This document shows, in pieces, positions 38,925 to 51,162 of a stretch of DNA of 64,000 bases (the first letter of the stretch is position 1; each line of letters starts with the position of its first letter). The stretch is from assembly GCA_014905635.1 (NCBI GenBank), contig JABVCE010000005.1, positions 1,302,001-1,366,000 on the forward strand. The letters are read 5' to 3'. Made by a program: the position numbers and the translations under genes. The DNA comes from Scenedesmus sp. PABB004 (Eukaryota). The notes below the pieces were generated by a model, which saw only the letters and a list, made by a program, of their open reading frames with translations, did not search any database and was not told where the DNA came from.

Positions 38925-40021
38925 ATGCTGCCCCTCCTGGCGGCGGCGGCGGCGGCGGCGCGGCTGTCGCCACCGCGCCGGCCGGCGCTGCTGCTCCTGC
39001 GCGGCGCCGGCGCCGCGGCGTCGGCGTCGACGCGGGCGGGCCCACGCTCCGCCGCTGCCTCGCCGCGGCGCGGCCCCGGGCGGCGCGGCGGGGCCAAGGA
39101 CCTGCGCGGCTACGACGCGCTGCTGCACGCGTGGCAGCTGGACGCGCCCGCCGCCAAGCGCCAGCAGCGCGGCCGCCAGCGCCACGCGCCGCAGCGCGGC
39201 GGCTGGGCCGAGGGTGCGGCGCGCGGGCGCACGCGCAGGGAGGGGGGGGGTGCAGCCGGCGCGGCGGGCGCGCTGACCGCCCCTTCGCCGCCGCCACCGC
39301 TACCGCAGACCCCCACTGGGCGTGGGCCGGCGTTGCCAGCCCGGGCCGCGCAGGCGGAGGGAAGGGCGCCTCCAAGGCGGCGCGCGAGCGCCGCGAGCGC
39401 CGCGCAGCGCAGCAGAGCGCCGGCTGGCCGCAGGGCGGCTGGGGCCGCGGCGCCCCCTGGGCCGACGCGCGTGCAGCGGCAGAGGCGGCGACGGCGCAGC
39501 TCGACGCCGAGCAGCTGCACGAGCTCTTCCACGGCCCGGCCGACGAGGTAGAGAGCGGCAAGGAGCGGCGGCGGCGGCGGCGCGACGCGCGGCGAGCCGC
39601 GCGCCGCGCGCGGCGCCGCGGCGCGTGGGGCTTTGCTCAGCACACGGCCGCGTGGTCGGACAGCGACGAGGAGGAGGAGGACGACGGCTGGGGCTGGGGA
39701 GAGGGCTGGCGGTCGCAGGCTGCGGCGGGCCAGCAGCAGCACGCGCGCTGGCACGCCCCGCCAGAGTGGCGCTGGTGGACAGACGAGCAGGAGGAGCGCT
39801 GGCGGCAGCAGACGAGCGCCGGCGCCGGCGGCGGGCGCCACAGCAGCAGCACGGGCGGCAGGCCCTGGTGGGAGCAGTGTCAGGAGACGTTTGCGCGGCA
39901 GCAGCGGGAGCAGCAGGCGCAGCGGGAGCAGCGGGCGCAGCGGGAGCAGCGGGAGCAGGAGCATCGGGAGCAGGCGCAGCAGCGGCAGCGCCAGTGGGGC
40001 GGCTACCACTACAGCTACCAG

Positions 40022-40054
<33 letters not shown>

Positions 40055-40389
40055 AGCAGAGCCGCGCCGCGGCACCCGCCATGTGAGTGCTGTGGCACGC
40101 GCGCGGCGCGCCGCCGCGCGCGCTCGAGCGCCGCTGACGCGCGCCCCCTGCCGCGCCCACGCGCCGCGCCGCCGCCGCCGCAGCGGTGCTCGCGCACCTC
40201 GCGGTGCTCGGGCTGCCGCCCGACGCGGCGCTGCAGCGCGGCGAGCTCAAGGCGGCCTTCCACCGCGCGGCGATGCGCTTCCACCCCGACCTGCACAGCG
40301 CGCCGGCCGCCAAGGCCGCGGCGGCACAGAGCTTCATGGCCGCCAAGGCCGCGTACGAGGCGCTCACGCAGGCGGCGGCTCCACCGTGA
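38925..40389 (+). CDS. Protein with C-terminal J-domain, W/Q/R-rich middle and transit-peptide-like N-terminus, 3 exons
   Basis: HLAVLGL...ELKAAFHRAAMRFHPDLH...F...AAYEAL (HPD motif). Confidence 0.75.
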
Positions 40390-40974
40390 GCAGCTCCCCA
40401 TCTCTGCAGGGCCGCAGCAGGGCCAGCAGCAGCAGCAGCCGGCGGCGGCGGCGGCGGCGGCGGTGCGGCCAGGCGCGGCCAGGCGCGCCCGGGGCGGCGC
40501 CGGCGCTGCGGGCGCCGCTGACCGGCGTCGGCGCTCCTGGAGCGTGGGTGCGCTGCCGTCAGCTCGACGCGGCGCGCCGGGCCCGGCGCGGGGCCCCCGC
40601 GTCGATGCAGGGCGGCGCTGGCGCCTCAGGCATCGCTGCACGCGTGCTGCGAGCCCCGCGGGCGCGGCGCCGCGTCGCGCGGGTGTGGGAGCTGGGAGCG
40701 AGCGGTCGGCGGCCGACTCGACGGGCTTCGCGGCGCCAGGCGATGGTGGCGGGCTGTGACTCGCCGGCCACTGACACGGTCTGACACGTAGCAGCGCAAA
40801 TCGTCCAGCCCCGGCCTCCCCGCGCGCGCCGCGGCCCACCACAGCGCCGCGCCTCGCCCAGCCGACCCTCCGCCGCCGGGATCAGGGTGCTCCGTCGCCT
40901 GCAGCGTCGCCTGCGCCCGGTCCCCACCGCACAACGCCCGCACCCCCGCCCGCGCGCCCCGCGCCGCCGTCAGC

Positions 40975-42885
40975 ATGGCGCTGGGCATGAGGGCCGCCGG
41001 CACCCGGCCCCTGGCGCCGCTGCGGGCCCGGCCCGCGCCCCTGGGCGGCGCGCGGGGGCTGCCGCTGGCGGGCTGCCGGCGCGTCTGCGCCGCGCAGCAG
41101 CGCCCCCGGGGCGTCATCGCACGGTGAGCGCCGCCAGAGCGCGCGGCTGGCCTGGGAATTGGGGGCGCATGGGCGGCGCGCCGCGCGCGCGCGCCGCGGC
41201 GCTGCTGCCGCCGCGCCGCCCGCCGCGCCGCCCGCCGCAGCGCGCGCCGCCGCCGACGACCTCGGCCCGCCCCCGCCGCGCGCCCGCAGCGTGGCCGAGG
41301 TCGCGCTCGCGCCGGCAGCCGCGGAGGGCGAGCCCGCGCAGGACGACGGCCTCGACCTCACGCAGCTCTCCTACAGCGCGCAGTACGACGCCGTGATGGC
41401 GCAGTCGCCGCTGCCGCTGAAGCAGATGCTGCCCAAGCCCAGCCGGGCGGCGCAGGCGGGCGTGCCGGGCGCGAAGCAGGTGCTGCTGAGCGACGTGTTC
41501 GCGGAGCCCAAGGTCCCGCTCTTCACCGGCCGCACCTACAACGCCAAGGACAAGGCCTACGTCGGCTGGATGCTCTTCGTGCACGGCCTCGCCCTCCTCG
41601 CGCCCTTCACCTTCTCCTGGGGCAACCTCGCGCTCTTCGCGGCGACCTACTTTGTGAGCGGCTGCCTCGGCATCACGCTCTCCTTCCACCGCCAGCTCAG
41701 CCACCGCAGCTTCACGACGCCCAAGTGGCTCGAGTACGCGCTCTCCTACTGCGGCGTCATCGCCGTGCAGGGTGCGCCGCCGCCGCCGCCGCCGCCGCCG
41801 CACGCTCGGGGGGCGGGCAGCGCGGCGCGGCGCGGCGCGGCGCGCGCGCGCGCGCGCGCGCGCGGGTCGCCCGCGCGTCCCCGCGCTCACTGCGCGCCGC
41901 GCGCGGCGCACCGCGCAGGCGACCCGATCGAGTGGGTGTCGGCGCACCGCTACCACCACCTGCACTGCGACACGCCGCTCGACCCGCACTCGGTGAGCCG
42001 CCGCCGCCGCGCCGCCGCGCCGCCGAGCCGCTGCGCGGGGGCCGGCACCAGCGGCCGCGCCCGCAGCCTGCGCCGCGCCGCCCGCCCACGCTGCGCGCCG
42101 CGCCCGCCCGCGCAGCCGTACGAGGGCTTCTGGTGGAGCCACATGGGCTGGCTGCTCGACAACGAGGTGTGCGCCGCCGCGCGGCAGCGCGCGCGCCCGC
42201 GCCGGCCCGCGCGCCGCCGCGCCTGCGGTGCACGGGCGCGCGCGCGCGCGCCCGCCGCCGACGCCCCCCCCCCCCCCCCCCGCGCGCCCGCGCGGCCGCG
42301 CAGACCACGGACAAGCGCGTGTACGACCAGCGCAACGCGTCCGACCTGGAGGGCCAGGCCTGGTATCGCTGGATCCGCGACACCTACGCGTGGCACGTCG
42401 TCGCGCAGCTCGCCGCGCTCTACGCCCTCGGCGGCCTCGGCGCCGTCGTGTGGGGCGGCGCGCTGCGCATGGTCTGGGTGTACCACATCACCTGGTTTGT
42501 CAACAGCGCGTCCCACGTGTGGGGCAGCCAGGAGTATGACACCGGCGACCTCTCGCGCAACAACTGGTGCGCGGAGCGCGCATGCGGGCTGGCGGCCGAC
42601 GCTCGCCGCGCGCCGCGCCGCGCCGCGCCGTCTCTACTGGCCCTCACACCGCCGCGCCGCTGGCTGCTCGCGCGCTGGCGCAGGTGGGTCGGCATCCTCG
42701 CGTTTGGCGAGGGCTGGCACAACACGCACCACGCGTTTGAGTACTCGGCGCGCCACGGGCTCAAGTGGTGGCAGGTCGACATGACGTGGGGCGTCATCGC
42801 CACGCTCAAGGCGCTCGGGCTCGCCAAGAACGTGAAGCTGCCCTCCGAGGCGCAGCTCGCGGCCAAGCGCCTCGCGAGCGCCTAG
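40975..42885 (+). CDS. FAD5: Plastid acyl-lipid desaturase, FAD5/ADS family (palmitoyl-MGDG delta-7-like)
   Basis: His boxes HRQLSH, HRYHH, HNTHH; GITLSFHR, QGDPIEWVS, GFWWSHMGW, FGEGWH; transit-peptide-like first exon. Confidence 0.9.
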
Positions 42886-43857
42886 GCGGCGCGCGCAGCG
42901 TTGCACGTCGCGCGCGCCGGCCGGCGGCAGCTGGCCGCGGCGGCGCGGCGCGGCGCGGCGCGGCGGGGCAGCTGGAGCTGGGGACGCTGGGCGAGGGCGA
43001 GGGAGGAGCTGGGCGTGGGCAGCGGGCCGGCGTGGGCAGCGGATGGGCGCGGGCAGCGGGCCGGCGCGGGCAGCGGGTCGGCGCGGGGCGGGCGGAGGGG
43101 GCAGCGTGCTGGGCCGGATGGGACAGGCGAGGCGCTAGGCTGCCGGAGCGGCATTGTGTGCTGGCGCAAGGAGCGGCGCGAGGAGCGGCGCGAGCGGCGG
43201 CGCGAGCGGCGCCCCTAGCGGGGCTGCCGGCCGCGGGCGGCGCTGTCAGGGCTGGGCTGCCGGGCGCGGGCGATTGCCGCCTGGGCTCGGCGGCGGCGTG
43301 AGTGCGTGCTCCACTCTTGAGCTCTCGATGAAGCGCCTAGTTGCTTTCAGCGAGGACGCCAGATAAAGGAAAGAAGTGCTTCCGTCAGCGAAGCACACCA
43401 CACCAGCGAGCGTGGGTTTTCTGGGCTCTCACATGGGCTCCCACCAGAGTTGGTCGTCGTGGTTGCATGCGTGCGTGTGGTCTCTCGCTTGTTCGTTCGT
43501 GCACGGGGGGCTGGCGCGCGGCGCGCGGCGCGCGCCGCCGCGCTGGGCGCCCCCGGCAGCAGGGCCCGGCTCCTCGGCCGGGCACAGGCCCCAGTGCATT
43601 GTAGGCAATCTCTCTCCTGCTCGCGGCGGCGTCTCCTGCTCACGCCGGCGTTGTAATTGATGTGGGCAAGCGAGTCGCAGCCCCGGCGGATCGGCCAGGC
43701 GCTGGGCGACTCGCGCAGGCGGGCAGCACGTTAACACCGCCGCCCGCCCAGAGCCGCGGCCGCGCGCGCCGCCCCAGCTCCCACCCCGCACGGCGCGCGG
43801 CATCGCAGCACGCCTGCGCCAGCGCCGCCCTGCATCGACGCGGGGCGCCGCCCGCTG

Positions 43858-45277
43858 CTACTGCTGCTGCTGGCCCGGCTGCTGCTGGCCCTGCTGCTGC
43901 TGGCCCTGCTGCGCGCCAGCGCCGCCGCCGCTGTCGCCCTCTGGCGCCGGCGCCTCCCACGGCATGAGCCGCGCCAGCAGCGCCTTGTCCGCAAAGCTGC
44001 CGCGGTCGACGTAGTATGTGCGCCCACGCGCCTGCCGGCGGCGGTCGCAGAGGCGGCGGAGGCGGCGGCGGCGGTGTGCTCGCGCGCGGCGGCGCGGCCG
44101 CGCGTGGGGCGCCGGGGCGCGCGCCGCCGCCGCGCGGGCGCGCCCCGCCGGCGCGCCGGCGCGCCTTGAAGCTCGCGAGCGGGTGGTAGCCGTCGGGCTG
44201 CGCGAGCTCGGCCGCGTCAAACTCGGTGCTCACGCGTCGCCCGAAAAAGGTGAGCCCCGTCGCGCGCAGGCGCCCGTCGGCGGCGCGGCGCGACAGGGCG
44301 TGGACGTAGGGCTTGGTGAACCAGTGCAGCCCGCCCGTGGTGATGATGGCAAAGCCGAGCACCGAGGTCACGACCGCGACGCGCGCGATCGGCGACGCCG
44401 ACGAGTAGCTGAGGATGAGCGGCGCCGCGGCGAGCGAGGCAAACGTGTTGAGCAGGCTCGCAAACTGCGGCACGCGCCGCACGGGAATGGCAACGGCGGC
44501 GGTGCGTCAGCGGCGCGCGTCGGCGCGGGCGGCGCGGCCGGCGCGCGGCGGCCGGCGGGGCCCCGCCCGTGGCGGCGGCGGGCGCGCCTTGAGGCGGCGA
44601 TGTGGCGCCGCGAAGAAGCCGCTGTACACAAGCTCAAACCCGTCGCCCTGCGGCGGCGCAGCGCCAGCGCCCGCGCCAGCGCCTGCGCGTGCGCTGCCGT
44701 CGCCGGGCGCGGGCGCCGCCGGCGGCTGCTGCTCCGGCGCCGGCGCGCCGCTGCTGGACCAGGGGCGGCGCTGCTGCAGCGTCTGCCAGGCTGCGGGCGG
44801 CGCGGCGGGCGCGGCGTGGCGTGGGCGGGGCGCGGCGACTGGCAGCGGGGAGAGCGCGGCCGGCGGCGGCACCTGCGCAGCCCAGGCGCGGCGCCGCCCG
44901 GCGGCCGCCTGTGCCAGCTGCTCCAGCTGCCGCTGCTGCCAGGGCGGCCAGCGCCATGGGGCCGGCGGCGCGCGGCTGCCGGCGGCGGGCTGGGTGTGCG
45001 CACGCGGGCCGGGCAGCGGCAGCGGTGGCGGCGGCGGCGTGCGCGTGTGCGGGGTGCACGCTTGTGAGGGACGAAGGCACCTGGCTGGCGGGTGAGGCCG
45101 CAGGGCCCTGTGGGCCGCGGCGCTGCACCGCCGCGCCGCTGCGCCGCGCGCCCGCCGCACCGCTGCAACGGCGCTGCCCCCGATCGACCCCAGTCCTCGC
45201 CCTGGCCTCCCAGCACGCCGTCTGGTCACCGCCAACCACGCCAGCGGCCCCGGGCGAGGCACCACCACCAACCGCAT
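43858..45277 (-). CDS. TMEM70-like mitochondrial membrane protein
   Basis: ELVYSGFFAAPHRRLK/FASLLN..., TTGGLHWFTKPYVH, TFFGRR, HPLASFK/ARGRTYYVD; start uncertain. Confidence 0.75.
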
Positions 45278-45629
45278 CACCTCGCTCGCCCTTGCGGCTG
45301 GCACACGTCCCCATGCCCGCGCCGTGCCTGGCGCGGGCCCAGGGTGAGCGCTGCGCACGCGGGCGGTGCCGCTGCCGCTGGGTCGCCGCTGCCAGGTCGC
45401 CGCTGCTGCCGCCGCGCGCCGCTGCTCGCCGCTCGCCCGCCACCCGCGCGCCGGCCCGCCCCCTCCGCCCCCAGGCCTGCAGCAGAGGGCCGGGACCTGC
45501 TGCTGCGGCGCGGTGGCGCCACAGCGCGCGGCGCGGCCGCCGCCACGGCGGCGAGCGCGGGCGGGCGGCGCGCCGTGCGGCGCGGGCAAGGGCGCGGAGG
45601 GCGGCGGCCTGCCGCTGGTGGACGACGCG

Positions 45630-45679
45630 ATGGTGCTGCCGCCCCCGCCGACGGGCTCGCAGTACGCCGCCTGGCGCGA

Positions 45680-45730
<51 letters not shown>

Positions 45731-46253
45731 GCGGCGCGGCACGCGGGATTGGGGTGGCGGCGGCGGGCCGCGCGGGGTGCTGTTTGTCCTCATGGCGCGC
45801 CTGCGGGTGCTGATGCTATACGGCGTGGCCGTGACGCTGCTCTTTGGCGCGGTTCAGGGAGTCGCCAGCATCGCCGCCACGCTCAGCCGCGGCGCGCTCG
45901 CGGCCGCGGGCTGGGCGGCGGGCGCGCTCGGCGGCGCGGACGCGGACGCTGCGACTGCCGGCGGCGGCAGCAGCGCCAGCGATGACAGTGCTGCAGCAGC
46001 AGCAGGAGCAGCAGCAGCAGGAGCAGCAGCAGCAGGAGCAGCGCCAGCACCAGCGGCCGGGGCCGGTGACGGCGGAGGTGGCGGCGAGACCGGCGCCCCG
46101 GCGCCGGCGGAGCCGCCGCCCGCAGCGGCGGGCGGCGCGCGGCGCGGCGCCTTTGCCGACGCGGGGGCGTCGGGTCCGGCGGTGACGCTGAGCAGCGTCA
46201 TACCGCTGTACGTCATCCTCATGGGCAGCGTGCTGGTGCTCGCGAGCCTGTGA
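45630..46253 (+). CDS. Hypothetical membrane protein
   Basis: Open frame with hydrophobic segments VLMLYGVAVTLLFGAVQGV and VIPLYVILMGSVLVLASL*; start uncertain. Confidence 0.5.
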
Positions 46254-46527
46254 TCGTGCGAGGCGGCAGCGCGGCGCGACTGCATCGCGCGGCGCGCGCC
46301 GGGCGCGTGTCAGCGCCAGTTTTGTGCCGCCACCGCGTTTTGTGTCGTCGCGGGCGCGGCGGGGGGAGGGTGTACTCCAGGCGGCGGTCGTGGCGCGGTT
46401 GTGTGCGCGTTGTCGCGGAGGAGGAGCGGTCCTGACGCGGCGAGCGAGCGAGCGAGTGCGGTCCTGCAAGCTGCAGCAGCCCTTGCAACAACAATGAGCG
46501 CTCTCCCTGCAGCCAGCTCAGCTGCCG

Positions 46528-46641
46528 GTGATGCTGATGCAGTTCTGCGCATCCACGCGCTTGTCCTGCAGCAAACAGCAGTCGCAGCGCTTGCCCAGGA
46601 CAAGCGCGTGGAGGCGCAGAACTGCATCAGGACCACATCAC
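46528..46641. repeat. Inverted repeat / pre-miRNA-like hairpin
   Basis: Arm 46534..46568 is the reverse complement of 46596..46630 with one mismatch; GTGATG/CATCAC extends the base. Confidence 0.85.
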
Positions 46642-47681
46642 GCCGCCTTCTTCGCGCGCTTCCCCGGCTTGCCACCCGCCGGCGGCGCGGCGCGCCGCTG
46701 CTTGGCCGCGCCACCGCCGCCCCCGGCGCCGGCGCCCGCCTTGCGCGCCTCCAGCCGCGCCCGCGCCGCCTCAAAGTCGGCGTCGCTGGGCTCCGGCGCC
46801 CGCGCCTCGGCGTTCTCGTCGCCGCTGCCGCTGCCGCTGCCGCTGCCGCCGTCGCTGTCGCTGGCCCCCGCCCGGCCGCGCCGCTGCTTGCCCGCCTTGG
46901 CGCCCGACGCGCCGCCCGCCTTGGCCTTGCCCTTGGCCGCGGCCTTGGCCTTGGGCTTGGCCTTGGCCCCGCCGCCCGCGTACTTTGCCTCCAGCGCCGC
47001 GAGCATGCCGTTGAACGCGCCCGCTCGCCCCTGGATCGCCGCGACGAGCGCCTGCTCGTCGCCGCCGCCGCCGCCGCCGCACCCGCGCGCGCCGCCGCCG
47101 CGCCGCGCCGGCGGCGGCGCGAGCGGGTCGGCCGCGGGGCGCGGCGTCGCGTCGACGCGCGCCGCCCACGCGTCGAACGCCCGCGTCGGCCGCGCCTCGC
47201 CCGCGGCGATCGCGGCGCGCAGCGCCTCGGCGAAGCGGTGGCTGTCGAGCTCGGGGCGCGAGAGCATGAGCCAGTCAAACACGCGGGCCATGTCGCCGCC
47301 CACGCGCGCGTAGCAGGCGAGCAGGTCGGCGCGCTCCTCGGCACTGCCGCGGTAGCGCGCCGCAAAGGCGTCGATGTCGTCCTCGCTCAGCGCCGTCGCG
47401 GCGCGGAACGCGGCGTAGACCTCGGCAAACCCGCCGCCGCCGAGGTCCTCGCAGTCGGCGAGGCTGCCCGTGCGGTCGTAGGCGGCGCGCTTGGCGGGGT
47501 CGGAGAGCACCGCGTAGACGCGCTGCAGCGCCTGGAACTTGGCCGTCGCGCCCGGCTCGGCGCAGCGGTCGGGGTGCCAGAGCAGCGCGAGGCGGTGGTA
47601 GGCCTTCTTCACCTCTCCTGCGCTCGCGCTGCGCTCCACGCCCAGCATGGCGTAGAGGCAGCCCTCCGCGCCCAGCTCCAT
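46638..47681 (-). CDS. DNAJC9: DnaJ subfamily C member 9-like chaperone, single exon
   Basis: LYAMLGV...VKKAYHRLALLWHPD...KFQALQRVYAVLSDPAKRAAYDRTG; YRGSAEERADL; LAALEAKY. Confidence 0.85.
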   Translation of the reverse strand: MELGAEGCLYAMLGVERSASAGEVKKAYHRLALLWHPDRCAEPGATAKFQALQRVYAVLSDPAKRAAYDRTGSLADCEDLGGGGFAEVYAAFRAATALSEDDIDAFAARYRGSAEERADLLACYARVGGDMARVFDWLMLSRPELDSHRFAEALRAAIAAGEARPTRAFDAWAARVDATPRPAADPLAPPPARRGGGARGCGGGGGGDEQALVAAIQGRAGAFNGMLAALEAKYAGGGAKAKPKAKAAAKGKAKAGGASGAKAGKQRRGRAGASDSDGGSGSGSGSGDENAEARAPEPSDADFEAARARLEARKAGAGAGGGGGAAKQRRAAPPAGGKPGKRAKKAA

Positions 47682-48257
47682 CGCGGCGGCGCGCGCAGCA
47701 GCAGAGGCAGCAGCGGCGGCGGCGGGCGCGGGTCGGCGGCGGGCGGCGCGTGCGGTGCTGGGCAGGGTGCTGCGCGGGCTGGGGTGGGGTGTGGCGGGCG
47801 GGTGGGAGCGGCGGAGAGGCGCACGAGCGCCGGCGGGCGAGCGAGCGGTCGATTTTGAAGCGCACGCGCACGCCGGTGGCGGCGACGCCGGCGACAGCGC
47901 CAAGCGCCTGGGGCGCAACGTCCTGAACGGGCGGCGCGTGAGCGTGCGTCCGCCGGTCATCGAGCGTGCCGGCGCCGTGGCCGCCGCCCGCAGCCACGCG
48001 CGCCGGTGCGCCGGCGCACGCGGCCCGCCGTGCGGGCGCACGGGCGCAGAGATCGTTACAGGCGTGCTGCGCGTCGTGCGTCGGTTGCGCGTAGCCGATC
48101 GCCGCGCCTGGCGAGTTTTTCAGCGCCGGGACCGCCGGTGCTGCATCATCCCCACGCCGCCCCCTGTCCGCGCAACCGCCCATCTGCTTCCACGCAGTCC
48201 ACCCCGCACGCCGTGCGCGCAGTCCTTCGCGCCCCAGCTGCGTGCTGTGTAGCGCCC

Positions 48258-50451
48258 ATGTCCCGACCACGGCACGCGCTGCTGGCGCTGGCGCTGCTCG
48301 CGCTGCTGGTCGCGGCCGGCGCGCAGGTGCGGCAGCTGGCTCCGGGCAGCGCCGCACCGGCGCGCGGCGCCCGCATGCGCAGGGCGGGCGCCTGCTGCTC
48401 GCGCCAGCCTGGCGCGCCGCGCCGGCGCGTACTCGCACCTCCCCGGGCCGCGCTGGCTCGCCATCGAGCGCCCCGGCGCCAGACCTGCCTCACGCCGCCC
48501 GCGTCCGGCCGCAGGCGCCGAAGCAGGTGGCGGCGGCGGCGGCGGCCAGGCCAGCGCCGGCGCAGCCCGCCGCGGCGGCCAAGCCCGCCGCGGCCAACGT
48601 GACGATCGTCGACGTGATGCTGGCCAACGGCTACACGCGCGCGGTGCAGATGCTGCGCGCCGCGGGCGTGCGCCGGCCGGCGCCAGGCGCGGCGCTCACG
48701 GTCTTTGCGCCGTCCAACGCCGCGGTCGACGCCTTCCTCAAGGCCATGGGGCTCACCATGGACGACATGCGCGAGCGCCCCGGCCTCGCCGCCGCGGTCG
48801 CGGCCAACCACGTCATCCCGCGCGTGCGCGCGACGTCCAACCGCGTGCGCGCCGCGCGCCCGCCGCCGAGCAAGGCCGACCCGATCGTCGGCGTGACCGC
48901 GGAGGGTCACTACGTGCTCAAGTTCTACATGGACCCCGCCAAGCCCGGCGGCGTGCTCATCGAGGACTCGCAGGGCAACGTCGGCCACGTGACGCGCGCC
49001 GACATGGACGCCGGCGCGAGCGTCGTGCACGGCATCGACCGCGTGATGCTCGGGGGTGGGCCCCCGAGCGCCGCCGCGGGAGCACGCCACGGCGCGCGGC
49101 GCGCGCGCGCCCGCCGCCGCGACGCTGACACGGCCGTGGCGCCGCCGCGTTGTGTGTGTGGTTTTGTGACTCTGGTCGGGCGCGCAGGGGACGTGTTTCT
49201 GAGCATCGCCGACCTCCTGCGGCGCCACCCCGACCTGGAGAGCATGCGCGTGCTGATGGCCAAGGCGGGGCTGATGGAGGAGCTCAAGGACCGCACCGTC
49301 ACCGCCTTTGTGCCCACGGGTGCGCCCGCCGCACGCAGGGAGCGCCTACGGTCGAGCCCCGCGCCCGCGCCCCGCGCCCGCGGCCCGCTCCCGTGCCGCG
49401 CCGCCGCCGCCGCCGCTGCCGCGCCCGCAACCGCGCGCGCCCCGGCCCCGCCGCCGCGCCGCCCGCGCAGACGCGGCGGTCGAGGCGGCGCGGGCGCGCC
49501 TGTCGGCGCTGACCCCGGCCGAGCTGCGCGACGTGCTGCTGTACCACGTCCTGCCCGGCGAGCGCTCGCTGCCGGCCGACTTCACGCCGGGGCAGCCGTA
49601 CGGCACGCTGTTCAAGGGCCACGCGCTCAGCCTCAAGTACGAGCAGTGAGTGCCGCCCGCGGCCGCACGCGCGGGCTGACGCCGCGCGGAGGACGAGGAG
49701 GACGAGGAGGAGGAGCCGCGCGGCGCGCGGCACGCGGCACGCGGCACACGGCGCGGCGCGCCTGCCACTCACGTGCACGCGCGCGCGCGCAGGCTCAAGG
49801 CCAACCGCACGGGCGCGGCGCCGGCGTCGGGCGGCGTGCGCGTGCTGGTCGTGCCCGAGACGGGCGAGGCCGTGGCCGTGGACGGCGCGCCGTCCGGCGG
49901 CGGCTTTGTCTCGCTCGCCAACCTCTACGCCAAGAGGGTGCGCGGGGGACCCCGCGGCTGCGCGCGCGGCTCGGCGCACGCTCCCTCACGCTCTTTCTGG
50001 CCCGCCGCGGCGCCCCTGCTCACCCCCTCCCGCTCGCCCCACCCGCTCTCCCCCCCCCCCCCCCGCGCGCCGCGCGCTTCAGGCGACCATCCACGGCATC
50101 GAGGCGGTGCTCTTCCCCCGCCTGCCCGGCGCCGCCGCCAAGGCGGGCGCGGGCGCGGCGCCCGCGGCCGCGCCGGCGGCGCGCGGGCGGCGGCGCCTGT
50201 CGCAGTACGATGTGCGGCGCTCGGTCACGGGCTTTGGCGCAAGCGTCAACTCGCTCGCGCTCACCAACACGGCGTCGGCGATCCGCGCGGCGGTCGAGGG
50301 CGTGGACGGCACGACGGCGAGCGACGCCGCGTGGGCGGGCAACTTCAACGCGCGCGCCGCGAGCGCGCGGTGCTTCAACTGCGTGACCGACATGCAGGCG
50401 CGCTCCGACTACAGCGCCGGCGGCGCCAACAGCGCGTTCGGGCGGCGGTGA
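48258..50451 (+). CDS. Secreted fasciclin (two FAS1 domains) protein
   Basis: Signal peptide MSRPRHALLALALLALLVAAGA; TVFAPSNAA, NHVIP, VVHGIDRVM; TVTAFVPT/DAA, LLYHVLPG, TIHGIEAVL. Confidence 0.88.
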
Positions 50452-51162
50452 CCCGCGCGCGCGCGGCGCGGGGCGGCGGGGCGGTGGGGGCTCGCCCGCC
50501 GGCAGGGGCGGGCACGCAGCGTGCAGCGTTCTTTTCGGACTCGTGACTATGTCAATGTGCTTTGACCGTTGGTGCGTTGACCTTGGTCGCCGCGCCCCCG
50601 TGGGCGCGGCGAGCGCGTGTGAACCCATTTAAAGCTGGTACCGCGCACTGCATCAAATCAATGACGATGCCGGGAGCACTGAACACGCGCTTAAACATGC
50701 AGGTAGGTGGGCAGCGCGCGAGCTGTCCCCCGGGTGCTTGTCGCCGGGCGCGGCCCCTCCTCTCCAGGCTTCCAGGGGATCGCTGGAGCGGCAGGCGCCG
50801 CGCGGCGCGCCCTGGGTGTGCAGCCGGCAGCGGCGGCGGCCGTGCGCGGCGCGCGGCTGCTGCTCGCGGCGGCGGCGGCGCGCGCTGCCATCGGCGGCCC
50901 GCTGCGGCGCGCGTGAAGGCGTGGAGCAGCAGGGCGCGCGTGTGGGCGGGGCAATGCGCACGATCGGCCGGGCGGCAGGCGTGACGCGGCGACGGCGACG
51001 TCAGCGTGCCTTCCTGCCTCCCAACGGCGCTTCAGGGCCGCCCCATCGGCCCTCCGCGCCATTTCTCGCCGTCCCCCGCACGCACAGCAGCCCCCGCACG
51101 CGCCGCCGCTCCGCGTCCGCAGCACGCAACTGCCGCTCACGCGCCCGATCGCGGCCGCCGCC

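Noticed and set aside
19954..47681. Functional clustering of histone chaperones, J-proteins or aminotransferases
   Set aside because: Separated by unrelated housekeeping genes; no evidence beyond chance
50650..50690. ATGACGA...CTGA as a C/D snoRNA
   Set aside because: Boxes too close together, no stem or rRNA guide; likely 3' UTR
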